Shown: positions 29,294 to 40,346, counted from the whole stretch's first letter. The stretch: 59,415 nt of DNA, filler included, from Candidatus Desantisbacteria bacterium CG1_02_49_89 (GCA_001871075.1; 4 parts of 4 records of this genome joined end to end with filler, not necessarily neighbours in it), one strand, 5' to 3'. Numbers and translations are program-made. The notes: a model not told the origin generated them from the letters alone.

Positions 29294-29738
29294 CGACCTT
29301 TATCGGGAAACCGTTATTGTGAGCGGTTCTGTAAACGTCTATGCCGCAGGCTTCCATCGAAGGCCGCGCTTTTTCCGGGTGCGCGCAATGCTGCGGGCAC
29401 CTGGAGCAGAGATTGCACGGACCTGCTGCCATCGCGAACGCCTTATAAAAACCGTCCAGGAACATTTCCCTTTCAAGGACCGCAACGGCCTTGCGGATGT
29501 CCGTCCACTCCCCGCCATGGACAAGCAGGGCGTATTTATAATCGCCCAGCATCTTTTTTGTCTGCTGGGGCGCGGGCGAATTCGGGGGACAGGTCAAGGC
29601 GTGGCCGTACCCGTCACACCCGAACTGGCATTTCATCCTTACCCATTCGGCTGTCTTAATGCTGGAAGCGCGGATGACCTTGGCGTTTTTTGCCCCCAGT
29701 TGTTTTGCCGATTTAATATATTTTGTGTATTGTTTCAT
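29294..29738 (-). CDS. DUF2284 predicted metal-binding protein (3' truncated)
   Basis: VRMKCQFGC..YG...CPP, GPCNLC..C, ARPSMEACGIDV. Confidence 0.85.
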
Positions 29739-29748
29739 TGCGTGTTTA

Positions 29749-30082
29749 AATCCCCCTACATCCCCCTTTTACAAAGGGGGAATGAAATAAACACCCTCAC
29801 CCTACTACGCCAAGGCTTCGTAGGGCACAGCCTTACATCCTCTCCCGCCTCATCCACCCCCACCTCAATCCTCCCCCGTCCCACCCAGTAAGATTGGCGG
29901 GTCTTCGACAAGAGGGAGGAAAATTATGAAATTAACTTAAATCCGAAGGGGGAGAGGGAAATACGCAACCTAAAGGTTGTGGCTACATCTCAATCTCGGG
30001 CGTGATAAATCACGCCCCTACACTTATCCACTTATCCACGTATCCACGTATCAACTAACCGCAGGGCAAGCCCTGCAGCTAC
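29749..30082. repeat. Cluster of REP-like palindromes and (TATCCACK)n octamer repeats
   Basis: Minus-strand GTAG hairpins near 29965-29987, 29998-30020 and 30061-30082; nested CCGCCAA/TTGGCGG and CTACGCCAAGGCTTCG units. Confidence 0.7.
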
Positions 30083-31536
30083 TATGACACGGTTTTCATT
30101 TTGACTGCCGTGACGGACATCGCGGGGAATTTTTTGATCTCTTTTGCCCTGATCTCAGCAGGCTTAACCATGTCCGGCTCTTCGAAAGTATTGTGGGTGT
30201 GTATGTCCTTGGCTGAAAGCTGCCGTATTTCTTTTATCTCCCATTTCTGCCCGGAAATCACGCGCAGATCAGCGTCGATATTATTTTTAAGGTCGAGGTT
30301 GGCGATCGAAACAAAAAGCTCTTTTCCGTCATCCGAAACCGATGCCGAGACCGAGACCGCGTCCTTCTTTTTCCCGTCAGGCAGGTTCAGGGCCGGGTTT
30401 CCGTTTAGCTCAGCCGGGACAACCGCTGCATCCCTGTGCGGCATGAACATTTCGTATACGTGGTATGTCGGGGTAAGCACTGCCTTGCTTCCTTTTGTCA
30501 GGATAAGCGCCTGGAGCACGTTTACGGTCTGCGCCATATTGGTCATGAACAGCCTGTCGAATTTGTGGAAACAGTGGAAGCTTGCGGCGGTGAAAAGCGC
30601 GTCCCTCATAGTGCTCTGCTGGCAGACCCCGTTTTCCACGACCGCTTCCTTGTACCATGTTCCCCACTCGTCCATTATCACGCCTATCGGATGGCCGTAA
30701 GCGCTGTAAGACTGGGTAAGACCGCTTGCCCTCTTTATGTTGTCGTCCATTGTTATGACGCCGGCGATCGTCCTGTAATAATCCTCGTCCGTGAAATTCA
30801 CTTCAGGACTGCCGCCCGTGTATATGTTAAGAGCTATGTAGTCAACAAGGCCCAGCGCGGGTTTCAGTTTTACCAGGAACCGCTCATCCCAATCTATTAT
30901 GCCGGGATGCGAACCGCACGCGATAAGCTTAATATCCCCGCCTGTGGGGCGCATATAACCCGCGAACTGCCGGTACAGGTCAGCGTAATGCTCGGGTTCC
31001 ATTGCGCCGCCGCAACCCCAGTTCTCGTTCCCCACACCCCAGAACTTTACGTTGTAGGGCTCCGGATGGCCGTTGGTCCTGCGCTGCCCCGTAATTGCTG
31101 TATCCTGGCTTGAATTGCAGTATTCAACCCAGGCGCAAGCCTCTTCAACCGTACCGCTTCCCACGTTCACGCAAATATACGGCTCTGTCCCTATCCTGGC
31201 GCAGAAGCGCATGAACTCATCCGTGCCGAACTGGTTGGTCTCAGGCTGGTTCCACCAGAGGTTGTGCCTTTTCGGCCTTTTGTCCTTTGGGCCGATGCCG
31301 TCCTTCCAGTGATAGCTGTCTGCAAAACATCCTCCGGGCCAGCGCAGGGCAGGCAGGGCGACTTTTTTAAGCGCCTCTGCGGTGTCAAGCCTTATGCCTT
31401 TCTCGTTCTTAATGGCTGAGTCTTCGCCTGCCCAGATCCCGTTATAAATGCATCTTCCTATGTGTTCCGCGAAATGCCCGTAAAGATATCTGCTGATCTT
31501 GTGCTGCTTTACTTCAGGCCTTATCGTTATCTGCAT
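30082..31536 (-). CDS. Alpha-L-arabinofuranosidase, GH51
   Basis: YGHFAEHIGRCIY, RWPGGCFAD, GNENWGCGG, DEWGTW, AQTVNVLQ. Confidence 0.93.
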   Translation of the reverse strand: MQITIRPEVKQHKISRYLYGHFAEHIGRCIYNGIWAGEDSAIKNEKGIRLDTAEALKKVALPALRWPGGCFADSYHWKDGIGPKDKRPKRHNLWWNQPETNQFGTDEFMRFCARIGTEPYICVNVGSGTVEEACAWVEYCNSSQDTAITGQRRTNGHPEPYNVKFWGVGNENWGCGGAMEPEHYADLYRQFAGYMRPTGGDIKLIACGSHPGIIDWDERFLVKLKPALGLVDYIALNIYTGGSPEVNFTDEDYYRTIAGVITMDDNIKRASGLTQSYSAYGHPIGVIMDEWGTWYKEAVVENGVCQQSTMRDALFTAASFHCFHKFDRLFMTNMAQTVNVLQALILTKGSKAVLTPTYHVYEMFMPHRDAAVVPAELNGNPALNLPDGKKKDAVSVSASVSDDGKELFVSIANLDLKNNIDADLRVISGQKWEIKEIRQLSAKDIHTHNTFEEPDMVKPAEIRAKEIKKFPAMSVTAVKMKTVS

Positions 31537-31715
31537 TTTTACCTCTTTTTATTGATGATTACAGCGATGTTAAATAACGATTGCAGCGATAAAAAATGAA
31601 TTTAGTGCGATAAATCGCACCGCTATAAAGCAGGGCTGAAGCCCTGCGTTACAAAAGCAACTACTTGACCCTTGATACTTGACCCTTGATACTGAAAGCA
31701 GGGCAAGCCCTGCGG

Positions 31716-34160
31716 CTACAGCGTGAGCCATTTGCTGGTATTCAGGCCTCTTATAGTAATCCGCGTGATTTTCTCTGCTGAGGAAATCGTTATTTCCTTT
31801 TTTTCGCCGGGCAGGAGGAAAAGATAATTGTCCGAATACTGTGCGCCATCAGCATCCGCCGAGACCTTTATCGCCGGCGCGAAGGTATCTGCTTTCAGGA
31901 TCAGCTTAACGCAGCCGGAACCCGGCTTCACCTCAGCCTCCAGTTCAGCCCGTTTCAGGCTGAGGTTCCCAAGTTTTTCGAAGAACAGGAAGTTCCTGAA
32001 AACCAGTTCCTTGCCCCTGACAAGGTCAACCACAAGCACCCGGGTTTTAGGGTCATCAACGGTTATGCCTCTGCTGAAGATAAGCTTGTTTGAATTAGCC
32101 GGGCATTGAGCGGAAACTTCGCTTCTGTAGTACTCGGTCCCGCTGAAATCAAGCAATCTCAGGACAAGCCTGCCTTTGAACGGGACAAGCTCGTCATTTA
32201 TAAGGTTTACCTTTACCTTGCCGCTCTCCAGCACAGGGCTCACAATTACTGGCGAGAACGCCCTTTTTGCCGAGAAATAACAGAGCTTTGGCCTATAGTA
32301 ATAATCCACAAACGCCCAGGATATTACCGGCCAGCAGTCGTTAAGCTGCCAAAACAGTATCCCCGACGTGATAAATTTCCTCCTGCGCCAGTGCTCTATC
32401 GAAAATTTCGAGCCTTCCGCCCAGTTCACCTGGGAGTAATAAACGAAATCTTCGAACCCCGCGGGCTTAAAACCCAACACTTCCTCAACGCCGAACCGTA
32501 TCCAGTCAAGCGGCTTGTCGTAGGCCTTTTCATGCGCGAGTATTGACTTGCCGGCCAGGTCCCAGTCTTCTTTCGGGGCGAATTTCGCGACCGTTTCTAT
32601 GTCCGGGAATGACTGGTATCCTGTTTCGCTCAGGAACCTGCCTTTAATGTCCCCGAACTTCCTCCAGTCCCCGCCGCCCCAGCCCTCATAGGAATGGAAA
32701 TCCCCATTCTTCTGCGACATGTAAATAAATTCATCAGGTGAGTAAGGCGAGGAGGGAACGTACGGGCGGGTCGGGTCATGAAGGCGGCATATCTCCGGGA
32801 GGATCCTGTAAAAGAGCGCCTCCCCGTAATACCTTTTTACCTGCCTGCCTTCCTGGCTCACGTAATACCTGGACGATTCGTTCTCGTTGTTGCCCGACCA
32901 GATGACGACCGAAGGGTGGTTGCGCAGCCTTTTGACCTGGAACACCGCTTCTTTTGAAAAAGAATCGTTGAACCATTCCAGGTGGTCAGGCACTTCCTCG
33001 CACCCGGACATGAAATCCTGCCAGACCATTATGCCAAGCTCGTCGCAGGTATCGTAAAATTCCTCGTCCTCGTATATCCCGCCCCCCCATATCCTTGCCA
33101 TGTTCATGTTCGCCTCGGGCATCATTGAGAGGAGCCTGCGGTATCTTTCTTTTGTCACCCTTGTCAGGAACGAATCGGCGGGGATCCAGTTCATGCCCTT
33201 GCAGTATACCGGGATGCCGTTGATCCTGAATATGAAACCCCTGCCCTCTTTGTCTTTTTCCTGGGCGATCTCTATGGTCCTTAGCCCGAACTTCACTGAC
33301 CTTTGGTCCAGCATTATATCCTTATACTTCATGCTTACTTTCACTTCATAAAGGTGCGGGTCCCCGTATCCGTGCGGGAACCAGAGCTTTGGGTTCCTGA
33401 TCTCAAACTCCGCCCTGATCAGGTTTGTGCCGTCGATCATGTGATGCCTGACGGTCTTTTTGCATTTCGTCCCCTTGATCTCGAAGCTTACGGCCACGTC
33501 GTCTTTCATCAGGGAATCAGCCTCGACCTGGACCTTTATCCTTGCTTTTTTTCCCGACACTTCAAGCTGCTTGACGTATACGAAATCGAATTTCGCGTAG
33601 TTATAACCCAGCAGGCGCACGCCCTTCCACAGGCCTGATGCCGGGAACCTGGGGCCCCAGTCCCACCCGAAGCTGTACTGCGCCTTCCTTCCGTAACCGC
33701 GTATTGTGCAGAAAGGCCCGTTCATTATCACGCCGTGCTTCTTCTCCAGCTCTGAAAGAGCGCGGGCCGGCGACTTAAACCTTAACTCAAGGGAATTTTC
33801 CTCTTTCAGGAGCCCGTTGACGTCAAAGACATACGGCCTGAACATGTTATCGGCTGAGCCCAGCATGTGGCCGTTAAGGAAGATGTCCGCGAAGGTATCA
33901 ATGCCCTCAAAAACAAGCGCTGTTTTTTTCTTATCTACCGTCTCTTTGCTGACAACGAATTTCTTCGTGTAGACCCAGTCTTTTTCCTCAACCCACTTCA
34001 GCTTGGATTCGTTGTCCGAGTAAAAAGGGTCCGGAATAATTTTGTTCGCCATAAGGTCGGTGTAAACGGTCCCGGGAACTTCTGCCGGGGCAGGATCCTT
34101 CAGGACCTCCCCGTTTTCGTCCTTGAAAAACCACCCGTCGTTCAGCAGTATGTTGTCCAT
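31716..34160 (-). CDS. Beta-mannosidase-like glycoside hydrolase, GH2
   Basis: RKAQYSFGWDWGP, KGMNWIP, RIWGGG, WSGNNE, FLSETG, WQLNDCWP. Confidence 0.92.
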   Translation of the reverse strand: MDNILLNDGWFFKDENGEVLKDPAPAEVPGTVYTDLMANKIIPDPFYSDNESKLKWVEEKDWVYTKKFVVSKETVDKKKTALVFEGIDTFADIFLNGHMLGSADNMFRPYVFDVNGLLKEENSLELRFKSPARALSELEKKHGVIMNGPFCTIRGYGRKAQYSFGWDWGPRFPASGLWKGVRLLGYNYAKFDFVYVKQLEVSGKKARIKVQVEADSLMKDDVAVSFEIKGTKCKKTVRHHMIDGTNLIRAEFEIRNPKLWFPHGYGDPHLYEVKVSMKYKDIMLDQRSVKFGLRTIEIAQEKDKEGRGFIFRINGIPVYCKGMNWIPADSFLTRVTKERYRRLLSMMPEANMNMARIWGGGIYEDEEFYDTCDELGIMVWQDFMSGCEEVPDHLEWFNDSFSKEAVFQVKRLRNHPSVVIWSGNNENESSRYYVSQEGRQVKRYYGEALFYRILPEICRLHDPTRPYVPSSPYSPDEFIYMSQKNGDFHSYEGWGGGDWRKFGDIKGRFLSETGYQSFPDIETVAKFAPKEDWDLAGKSILAHEKAYDKPLDWIRFGVEEVLGFKPAGFEDFVYYSQVNWAEGSKFSIEHWRRRKFITSGILFWQLNDCWPVISWAFVDYYYRPKLCYFSAKRAFSPVIVSPVLESGKVKVNLINDELVPFKGRLVLRLLDFSGTEYYRSEVSAQCPANSNKLIFSRGITVDDPKTRVLVVDLVRGKELVFRNFLFFEKLGNLSLKRAELEAEVKPGSGCVKLILKADTFAPAIKVSADADGAQYSDNYLFLLPGEKKEITISSAEKITRITIRGLNTSKWLTL

Positions 34161-34389
34161 ATGCTCTCCATTTCATTGATTACAGTGATTTTAACTGATG
34201 ATCTTTGCTTCGCAACATTCTTTGTGGGCGATGTCGACAACCGACGAATTCCAGTGATTATATTAAGTATCAAGAGTCAAGTATCAAGTGTCAAGTTTGA
34301 AACCAGAAAATATTTCTTTGTGCCTCCGTGCCTCTGTGGTTATATTTCGTGCTTTCGTGATACTTTCGTGTTTTCGTGGAAATCTTGTA

Positions 34390-35139
34390 TCACTTCGCTT
34401 TGCCCTGGTCTGCCACCGCCTCCATCGCTTTCTTTACTTCCTCGGGATCGCCCAGGTAATAGCTTTTTACCGGCTTCAGGCTCATGTCATCCAGCTCGTA
34501 GACAAGAGGTATGCCTGTCGGTATGTTCATCCCCACGATCTTGTCTTCCGCCACGCTGTCCAGGTACTTGACAAGCGCCCTCAGGCTGTTGCCGTGCGCG
34601 ACTATCAGGGCTTTCTTTCCCGCTCTCATGGCCGGCCCGATCGCCTCGTACCAGTAGGGCATAAACCTTGCAACGGTATCCTTCAGGCACTCGGTCAGCG
34701 GTATGTCCTTCTCGGACACGTTTTTATAACGCGGGTCTTTCCCCGAATGTCTCGGGTCGGTCTTCTCAAGCGGCGGCGGGGGTTTGTCGTAACTCCTTCT
34801 CCATACGAGCACCTGCTGCTCGCCGTATTTCGCTGCCATCTCTGATTTATTCAGGCCCTGCAAAGCCCCGTAGTGCCTTTCGTTCAGCCTCCAGGAATTG
34901 TGCACCGGCACCCACATGAGGTCCATCTCGTCCAGCACGATCCACAGGGTGCGCACCGCCCTTTTGAGCACTGATGTGAACGCGATATCAAAAGTAAGGC
35001 CTTCCGATTTCAGGAGAGCTCCGGCTTTCCTGGCTTCCGCGATCCCCTTTTCAGAAAGGTCAACATCTGTCCAGCCCGTGAACCTGTTTTCCTTGTTCCA
35101 AACACTTTCGCCGTGCCTCAGAAGAACGAGTTTCTTCAT
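34390..35139 (-). CDS. gpmA: 2,3-bisphosphoglycerate-dependent phosphoglycerate mutase
   Basis: [27 protein letters not shown]. Confidence 0.97.
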   Translation of the reverse strand: MKKLVLLRHGESVWNKENRFTGWTDVDLSEKGIAEARKAGALLKSEGLTFDIAFTSVLKRAVRTLWIVLDEMDLMWVPVHNSWRLNERHYGALQGLNKSEMAAKYGEQQVLVWRRSYDKPPPPLEKTDPRHSGKDPRYKNVSEKDIPLTECLKDTVARFMPYWYEAIGPAMRAGKKALIVAHGNSLRALVKYLDSVAEDKIVGMNIPTGIPLVYELDDMSLKPVKSYYLGDPEEVKKAMEAVADQGKAK

Positions 35140-35231
35140 AAACTCCCTCCAGTAACTCTATTGACACAGATTTTCACAGATTTAGACTCTGACTCTACGT
35201 TTATATCCGTGGCTGACTTCTTAAGGAATAT

Positions 35232-35260
35232 ATTATATCATAAAGTATATTAAATATCAA
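35232..35260 (-). promoter_or_regulatory. Sigma70 promoter upstream of gpmA
   Basis: Minus strand TTGATA, 17 bp, TATAAT, with extended -10 TGn. Confidence 0.6.
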
Positions 35261-35438
35261 GTATTTAATAAATATAATATATAAACCGTCGGACGTCGGA
35301 CGTCGGACGTCGAACGTTTTTATATCAAACCTGAAGGTTTGAGTTACGAAATACAATCCGTGGAAATCCGTGGCTGAATATTTTTAAGTTCTCGTAAGCC
35401 TGCCCGCCAACGCTTTCTGGGAGGGACACGCTGACACG

Positions 35439-35999
35439 TTACTTCTTTTTAGAAAAACCGAAAGACCCCACCTTCTTGCCAAGGCTCCAGTATTCACCCT
35501 GGTTGAACACGAAGGGCCTTGCCCTTCCGAAGTCTATGTTGCCCTTGCCGTCCAGCACCTCCTCGTCAACGTGCACCGCGACAACCTCTCCAAGGAACAG
35601 GTCATGGACCCCCAGGGATATGACCTGCTTTAATTTACATTCTATATTTACCGGGCATTCTTTTATGAGCGGGGCCTTGACCTTTGAAGAAGTTGTTTTT
35701 GTCAGGCCAAATTCTTTGAATTTGTCCGTGTCCCTTCCGGATACCAAGCCGCATCCGTCTGTTTCAGCCAGCTGTTCCGTGCTGGGAATATTGACCACAA
35801 ATTCCTGCGTTTCCTTGATCAGCCCGTGCGAATACCTGCCGGGCCTTATCGCGATCCCTATCGTCGGCGGGTCAGAACACACGATCCCCACCCATGCAAG
35901 CGTTATGATATTCGCCTTTCCGTTCCTGTCAGCGCAGCTTACCATTACCGCAGGCACCGGAAAGAGCGCCTCTGAAGGACCCCGTAATTCTTTAGCCAT
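35439..35999 (-). CDS. Flavin reductase-like / flavoredoxin protein
   Basis: LFPVPAVMVS, EFVVNIP, APLIKECPVNIECK, HDLFLGEV. Confidence 0.9.
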   Translation of the reverse strand: MAKELRGPSEALFPVPAVMVSCADRNGKANIITLAWVGIVCSDPPTIGIAIRPGRYSHGLIKETQEFVVNIPSTEQLAETDGCGLVSGRDTDKFKEFGLTKTTSSKVKAPLIKECPVNIECKLKQVISLGVHDLFLGEVVAVHVDEEVLDGKGNIDFGRARPFVFNQGEYWSLGKKVGSFGFSKKK

Positions 36000-36223
36000 T
36001 TTATTTCCTCCTTTTTATTATGATTACGGTGATTTTAAATGAGATTACAGTGATTATTAAAAATAGCTGTCGGTTGTCAGTTGTCAGCAAAAGCCAAAAT
36101 TTCTCTGTGCCGTAGGGTCATCGACCCCGTTCTGACCCGAAGGTCCCTGTGTTAAGTTCCGGTTTCATCGGAACTACAGGGAACTCCGTGCCTCTGTGGT
36201 TAATTTTGTATTTAGCTTTTGAC

Positions 36224-37444
36224 TTAATCCAAAACGTCTGAGACCTTGTTGACCGCGGCCGCGATATCGCGGATATCGGCTTTGGTGAAATTCTCGTTGA
36301 TGCCGATCGTTATGAGTTTGGGCTGTTCTGTGTCTGTCACCGGGCACAGGCCTTCCTTATATTCGATCCTCGCGTCGGTTTTGGGGCAGTCAAACGGGCA
36401 ATGTGAGTTCCCGTAGGTCGTTTTCGAGTGCAGCGCTTCGCTGCAGACGAATATAGGCTTGCCGATATAACCCGAACCGCAGGGCACGCCTTCAGCGTTA
36501 AGGGCTGAGGCGAATTTCTCGGCAGGTGCGTCCAGGACCTTAAAACCGTAGAGCCAGAAAGAAGGCCTGCATCCTTCAAATATTTTCAGAGTTTTTATCC
36601 CGCTGGTTTTCTTTATCAGGCTGTTCAGCAGAATACCGAGTTGCCTTCTTTTTCTTACAACGCTGTCCAGTTTTTTCAGCTGCGCGAGCGCGACAGCCGC
36701 GGTGAGCTCGTTCATCCTGTAATTCGGGGCGAGGAACAGATATGCCCTCGGGCCGAAACCAGTGCGGTTCCATCCCTTGTCGGCAAAAAGCAGCATCCTG
36801 TCCGCGTATTTTTTATTATCCGTTATGGTTATGCCGCCGTCCCCCGCGCACAGGTGCTTGCTTTGCTGCATCGAGAAACACCCGATATCGCCGATCGTGC
36901 CTGCAAGCCTGCTTTTATAGTATGTCATATACGCCTGGCAGCAGTCTTCAATAACAGGTATCCCATATTTTTTGCTCATTCTCATTACCGCGCCCATATC
37001 CGCGGGATTTCCGAACAGGTGCACTACAATTATCGCTTTCGTGCGTTTTGTGATCTTCTTTTCGATGTCCGCGGGGTCCATGTTGAACGAATCCGGATCA
37101 ACATCCGCGAATACCGGTATGCAGTTCTGAAAGAGAATTCCGGTTATTGTGCCCATATCGGTAATGGGAGCGGTTATTACTTCATCGCCCGGGTTTGGGT
37201 TTATCGCGCCCAACGCGATATGTATGGCGGAAGTTCCCGAGGTGGACGCGACCGCATGCTTAATCCCGTATTTCGCGGCAAATTTCCGTTCAAGCCCGGA
37301 AACCTTTGTCCCTCCCCACCTGAAAAGGTTCTGGGAATTGATTGCTTCCGTAACCTCTTTTATCTCTTCTTTTCCGTACGGCGTTCGCGCGGGAAAAGGT
37401 TTTGCCCTTGCCGGCTTTCCGCCGTCAATTACCAGTTTTTCCAC
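36224..37444 (-). CDS. DegT/DnrJ/EryC1/StrS PLP-dependent aminotransferase
   Basis: STSGTSAIH, VHLFG, IEDCCQA, FSMQQSKHL..GDGG, NYRMNEL; GTG start. Confidence 0.92.
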   Translation of the reverse strand: MEKLVIDGGKPARAKPFPARTPYGKEEIKEVTEAINSQNLFRWGGTKVSGLERKFAAKYGIKHAVASTSGTSAIHIALGAINPNPGDEVITAPITDMGTITGILFQNCIPVFADVDPDSFNMDPADIEKKITKRTKAIIVVHLFGNPADMGAVMRMSKKYGIPVIEDCCQAYMTYYKSRLAGTIGDIGCFSMQQSKHLCAGDGGITITDNKKYADRMLLFADKGWNRTGFGPRAYLFLAPNYRMNELTAAVALAQLKKLDSVVRKRRQLGILLNSLIKKTSGIKTLKIFEGCRPSFWLYGFKVLDAPAEKFASALNAEGVPCGSGYIGKPIFVCSEALHSKTTYGNSHCPFDCPKTDARIEYKEGLCPVTDTEQPKLITIGINENFTKADIRDIAAAVNKVSDVLD

Positions 37445-37490
37445 AGTTGCTCCCGGATATAACTTATAGTTTATAAAGTTTACAGAGTAT

Positions 37491-37629
37491 TACTGATGTT
37501 CGCTTAATTGGTTGACGTTTTTTGGTGTCATTGCGAGGGCAAAGCCCGTGGCAATCCCGTCGCTAAAAGCGAGATTGCTTCGCTATCGCTCGCAAAGACA
37601 GCTGTCAAGGTATTATGCAAAACTCGGTA
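37491..37629. mobile_element. MITE-like palindromic element
   Basis: Imperfect terminal IR (ACTGATGTTCGCTTAAT / ATTATGCAAAACTCGGT) enclosing a GTCATTGCGAG..GCAATC..GATTGC..CTCGCAAAGAC palindrome. Confidence 0.5.
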
Positions 37630-37657
37630 ATCTGTGATAATCCGTGGAAATTCGTGG

Positions 37658-38905
37658 TTAAAAAAATTCGTCTGTAATGATCTTCCCCAGCAGGAAAAAT
37701 TTCCTTTCAGGATACCAGAGGACCGTTTTCCCTTTTCTTATAGTAACGCTTGCGTACATCGCAAGGTCGCATCTCTGGGCTGCCCCGAGAGGAAGCCCTG
37801 TGTGGTCCATCAGTAACTTCGGCTCTGAAAACCAGACCGGCTGCCTCGCGTTCTTCCTGAACTCTCCCAGAGCCAGGTATATCGGCCTTCTGTGGAAAAG
37901 GGAATCCAGGGGTCCCCATCTGCGAAAATGCCCGTCGTGGTTGTGGAAAAGAAACATATATCTTTGATCCCCTATTTTGTATACCGGGCAGGGGCTCAGA
38001 GGCTGCGGTATTTTCTGTGAAGTATCGGTGTAACCAAGCGCTTCCGGCTTTGACCAGGTCTGCCCCGAGTCTGCGGAAACGCTCCAATAAGGGTTCCCTG
38101 CGGACGTGCGCATCACTGTGAACAGCCTTTTATCGGGAAGCTCGACAACGCTGGGCTCCTGCACCACACTCAGCTCAGGATGTCCGGGATAACCGACCCT
38201 CAGGGCATTTTCGTTGCCCGCGAAATAACTTATTTTTATTCCGCTTACAGCCGGGTCGTCATCTATATTCTCAAACCTTAAGAATTCCACAACTGATTCC
38301 TGCGCTGACCAGTGGTCTATCGGGGGCTTATGGTGGACCGCGAAACTGACCCACCTTGTGAAACCGCTGAAATATTTTCCGCCTGACAGCCTTTGCGGTT
38401 TTTGCCATACGATCCAGTTTGAAGGCATTGACGGATCGGGATTGTCATATATACTGCGCGGCATTGCAATGGTTTCCGGTTTTGACCAGGACCTGCCCGC
38501 GTCATCGCTGTATATGCCTTCCATTAAACCTGTCGTGTGAAAGAATGTGTCGAATTTCCCGATATGCTTGCTGTATATGACGTAGATCCTTCCTTTTTTA
38601 GAAACAAGCGGAAAACCCCAGCTTGCCAAACCACCCTTTGCCGGCGGAACAGGCCCGGCAATGATCCTGGGCAAGGGCCAGGTCTTCCCCTCATCTTCTG
38701 AGCGCGCAAACACGATCCTCTGATCAGGCTGTCCTTCCGCGGTGCTCTGCGTCCACACGGTCATCAGCGAACCATCAGGGCCGTCAAACACAATGAAATG
38801 CTCGTTTCCCGTGTCGAAAGTGGAACCGTCAAGGCTCCCCGGCTTGTATACCACAAAATCCGGATTGGTGCTCCGCAGCTCTTTTTCGATATCTACTGCC
38901 TGCAT
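37658..38905 (-). CDS. Sialidase/BNR Asp-box beta-propeller protein
   Basis: Asp-boxes SEDEGKTW, SDDAGRSW, SADSGQTW; QEPSVVEL..MRT; overlaps or abuts the panC stop depending on start. Confidence 0.78.
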   Translation of the reverse strand: MQAVDIEKELRSTNPDFVVYKPGSLDGSTFDTGNEHFIVFDGPDGSLMTVWTQSTAEGQPDQRIVFARSEDEGKTWPLPRIIAGPVPPAKGGLASWGFPLVSKKGRIYVIYSKHIGKFDTFFHTTGLMEGIYSDDAGRSWSKPETIAMPRSIYDNPDPSMPSNWIVWQKPQRLSGGKYFSGFTRWVSFAVHHKPPIDHWSAQESVVEFLRFENIDDDPAVSGIKISYFAGNENALRVGYPGHPELSVVQEPSVVELPDKRLFTVMRTSAGNPYWSVSADSGQTWSKPEALGYTDTSQKIPQPLSPCPVYKIGDQRYMFLFHNHDGHFRRWGPLDSLFHRRPIYLALGEFRKNARQPVWFSEPKLLMDHTGLPLGAAQRCDLAMYASVTIRKGKTVLWYPERKFFLLGKIITDEFF

Positions 38906-38907
38906 TA

Positions 38908-39753
38908 TCATATCCTCATATTGTCGATCAGGCGCGTTTTTCCGACCTTTGCCGCGATAAGGATCACGCAGCCCTTTTCGATCCTTTTCACCGGCTCAAG
39001 GGTCGTTCCGCCGCGTATCGCGGCGTAATCAAGCTTTATCCCGGGCTGGCTGAGTATCGCGCTGCGTATGCTGTCTGAAAGTTTTTTGGCGTCCGTGAAC
39101 CCGTGGTCCCTGGCAGCGTGGACCGCTTTTTTCAGTGTCCTGCTGATCACCAGCGCTGTTTTGCGCTGTTCGGGGCTGAGGTATGCGTTGCGGGACGATA
39201 TCGCGAGCCCGTCACGCTCCCGTACCGTAGGGCACGGCACTATTCTCACCGGAAGGTCCAGGTCTTCCGCCATCTTTTTGATCACAAGCAGCTGCTGATA
39301 ATCTTTTTCCCCGAAATAGGCCTTGTCAGGCAGGACTATGTTGAATAATTTTGCCACAACGGTCGCAACTCCCCTGAAATGCCCGGGCCGGCTTGCCGCT
39401 TCAAGGACTTTTGCAAGATCGCCCTCCACATTCACGTATGCGGCATACCCTTCGGGGTAGATCTCTTTCGCCTCCGGGACAAAAATGAAGTCCGCGCCTG
39501 CTTTCCCGCACATTTTCGCGTCTTTTTTAAGGTTGCGCGGGTATCTGCGGAAATCTTCCTTAGGCCCGAACTGGGCCGGGTTAACGAATATGCTTACAAC
39601 CGCGGCGTCGTTTTCTTTTTTTGCGCGCGTTACAAGGCTTATATGGCCGTCGTGCAAAGCCCCCATTGTGGGCACAAACCCGATTGTTTTTCCTTTTTTG
39701 CGCAGATCCGAAACCACTGATCGCATCTGTAAAATTCTTCTGATAATTTTCAT
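38908..39753 (-). CDS. panC: Pantoate--beta-alanine ligase
   Basis: FVPTMGALHDGH, RPGHFRGVATVV, FGEKDYQQ, SSRN, RLIDN. Confidence 0.97.
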   Translation of the reverse strand: MKIIRRILQMRSVVSDLRKKGKTIGFVPTMGALHDGHISLVTRAKKENDAAVVSIFVNPAQFGPKEDFRRYPRNLKKDAKMCGKAGADFIFVPEAKEIYPEGYAAYVNVEGDLAKVLEAASRPGHFRGVATVVAKLFNIVLPDKAYFGEKDYQQLLVIKKMAEDLDLPVRIVPCPTVRERDGLAISSRNAYLSPEQRKTALVISRTLKKAVHAARDHGFTDAKKLSDSIRSAILSQPGIKLDYAAIRGGTTLEPVKRIEKGCVILIAAKVGKTRLIDNMRI

Positions 39754-39833
39754 GCTACAATCCTTTTTAACCACAGGTGAACACTGTTTTTCTCAGATTA
39801 AAGTAACTCAAAACTTTAGTTTTGATATCAAGG

Positions 39834-40337
39834 CTAAAGCCTTGAGTTACACCTGTGTTGACCTGTGTTAATTCGTGGTTCCAATTTTTTCAGCAGTTCT
39901 TTTATAGTTTTTTTAAGGACCGGGTGCGTGACGCCGGGGGCTATCTCGGCAAGTGGCTTGAGCACGAACAGCCGCCTGTGCATCTCCGGATGCGGAATTC
40001 TAAGGCGGTTTGTTTCAACCGCTTTATCCCCGTAAAGCAAAATGTCTATGTCGATCTTTCTCGGCCCCCATTTTATCTTTTGCGGCTTTCTTCCGAGCTT
40101 TTTTTCTATGCCTTTCAGTATCAGGAACAGCTGCGTTGGCGCCAGAACGGTTTCTGCCAAGACTGCCGCGTTTATGAATTTCGGCTGGTCTTTGTACCCC
40201 CATGGCTCTGTCTCATATAGCTTTGACATCTTCTTTATATTGATGCCTTTTGTCTTCTGCATTACGGCGGCAGCACCGAGAACGTTCTGCCTTCTGTTCC
40301 CGAGATTTGACCCGATCGCAAGGTAGACTGTTTTCAT
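39834..40337 (-). CDS. folK: 2-amino-4-hydroxy-6-hydroxymethyldihydropteridine diphosphokinase
   Basis: YLAIGSNLG, WGPRKIDIDIL, IPHPEMHRRLFVL. Confidence 0.96.
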   Translation of the reverse strand: MKTVYLAIGSNLGNRRQNVLGAAAVMQKTKGINIKKMSKLYETEPWGYKDQPKFINAAVLAETVLAPTQLFLILKGIEKKLGRKPQKIKWGPRKIDIDILLYGDKAVETNRLRIPHPEMHRRLFVLKPLAEIAPGVTHPVLKKTIKELLKKLEPRINTGQHRCNSRL

Positions 40338-40346
40338 GTTAATTTC

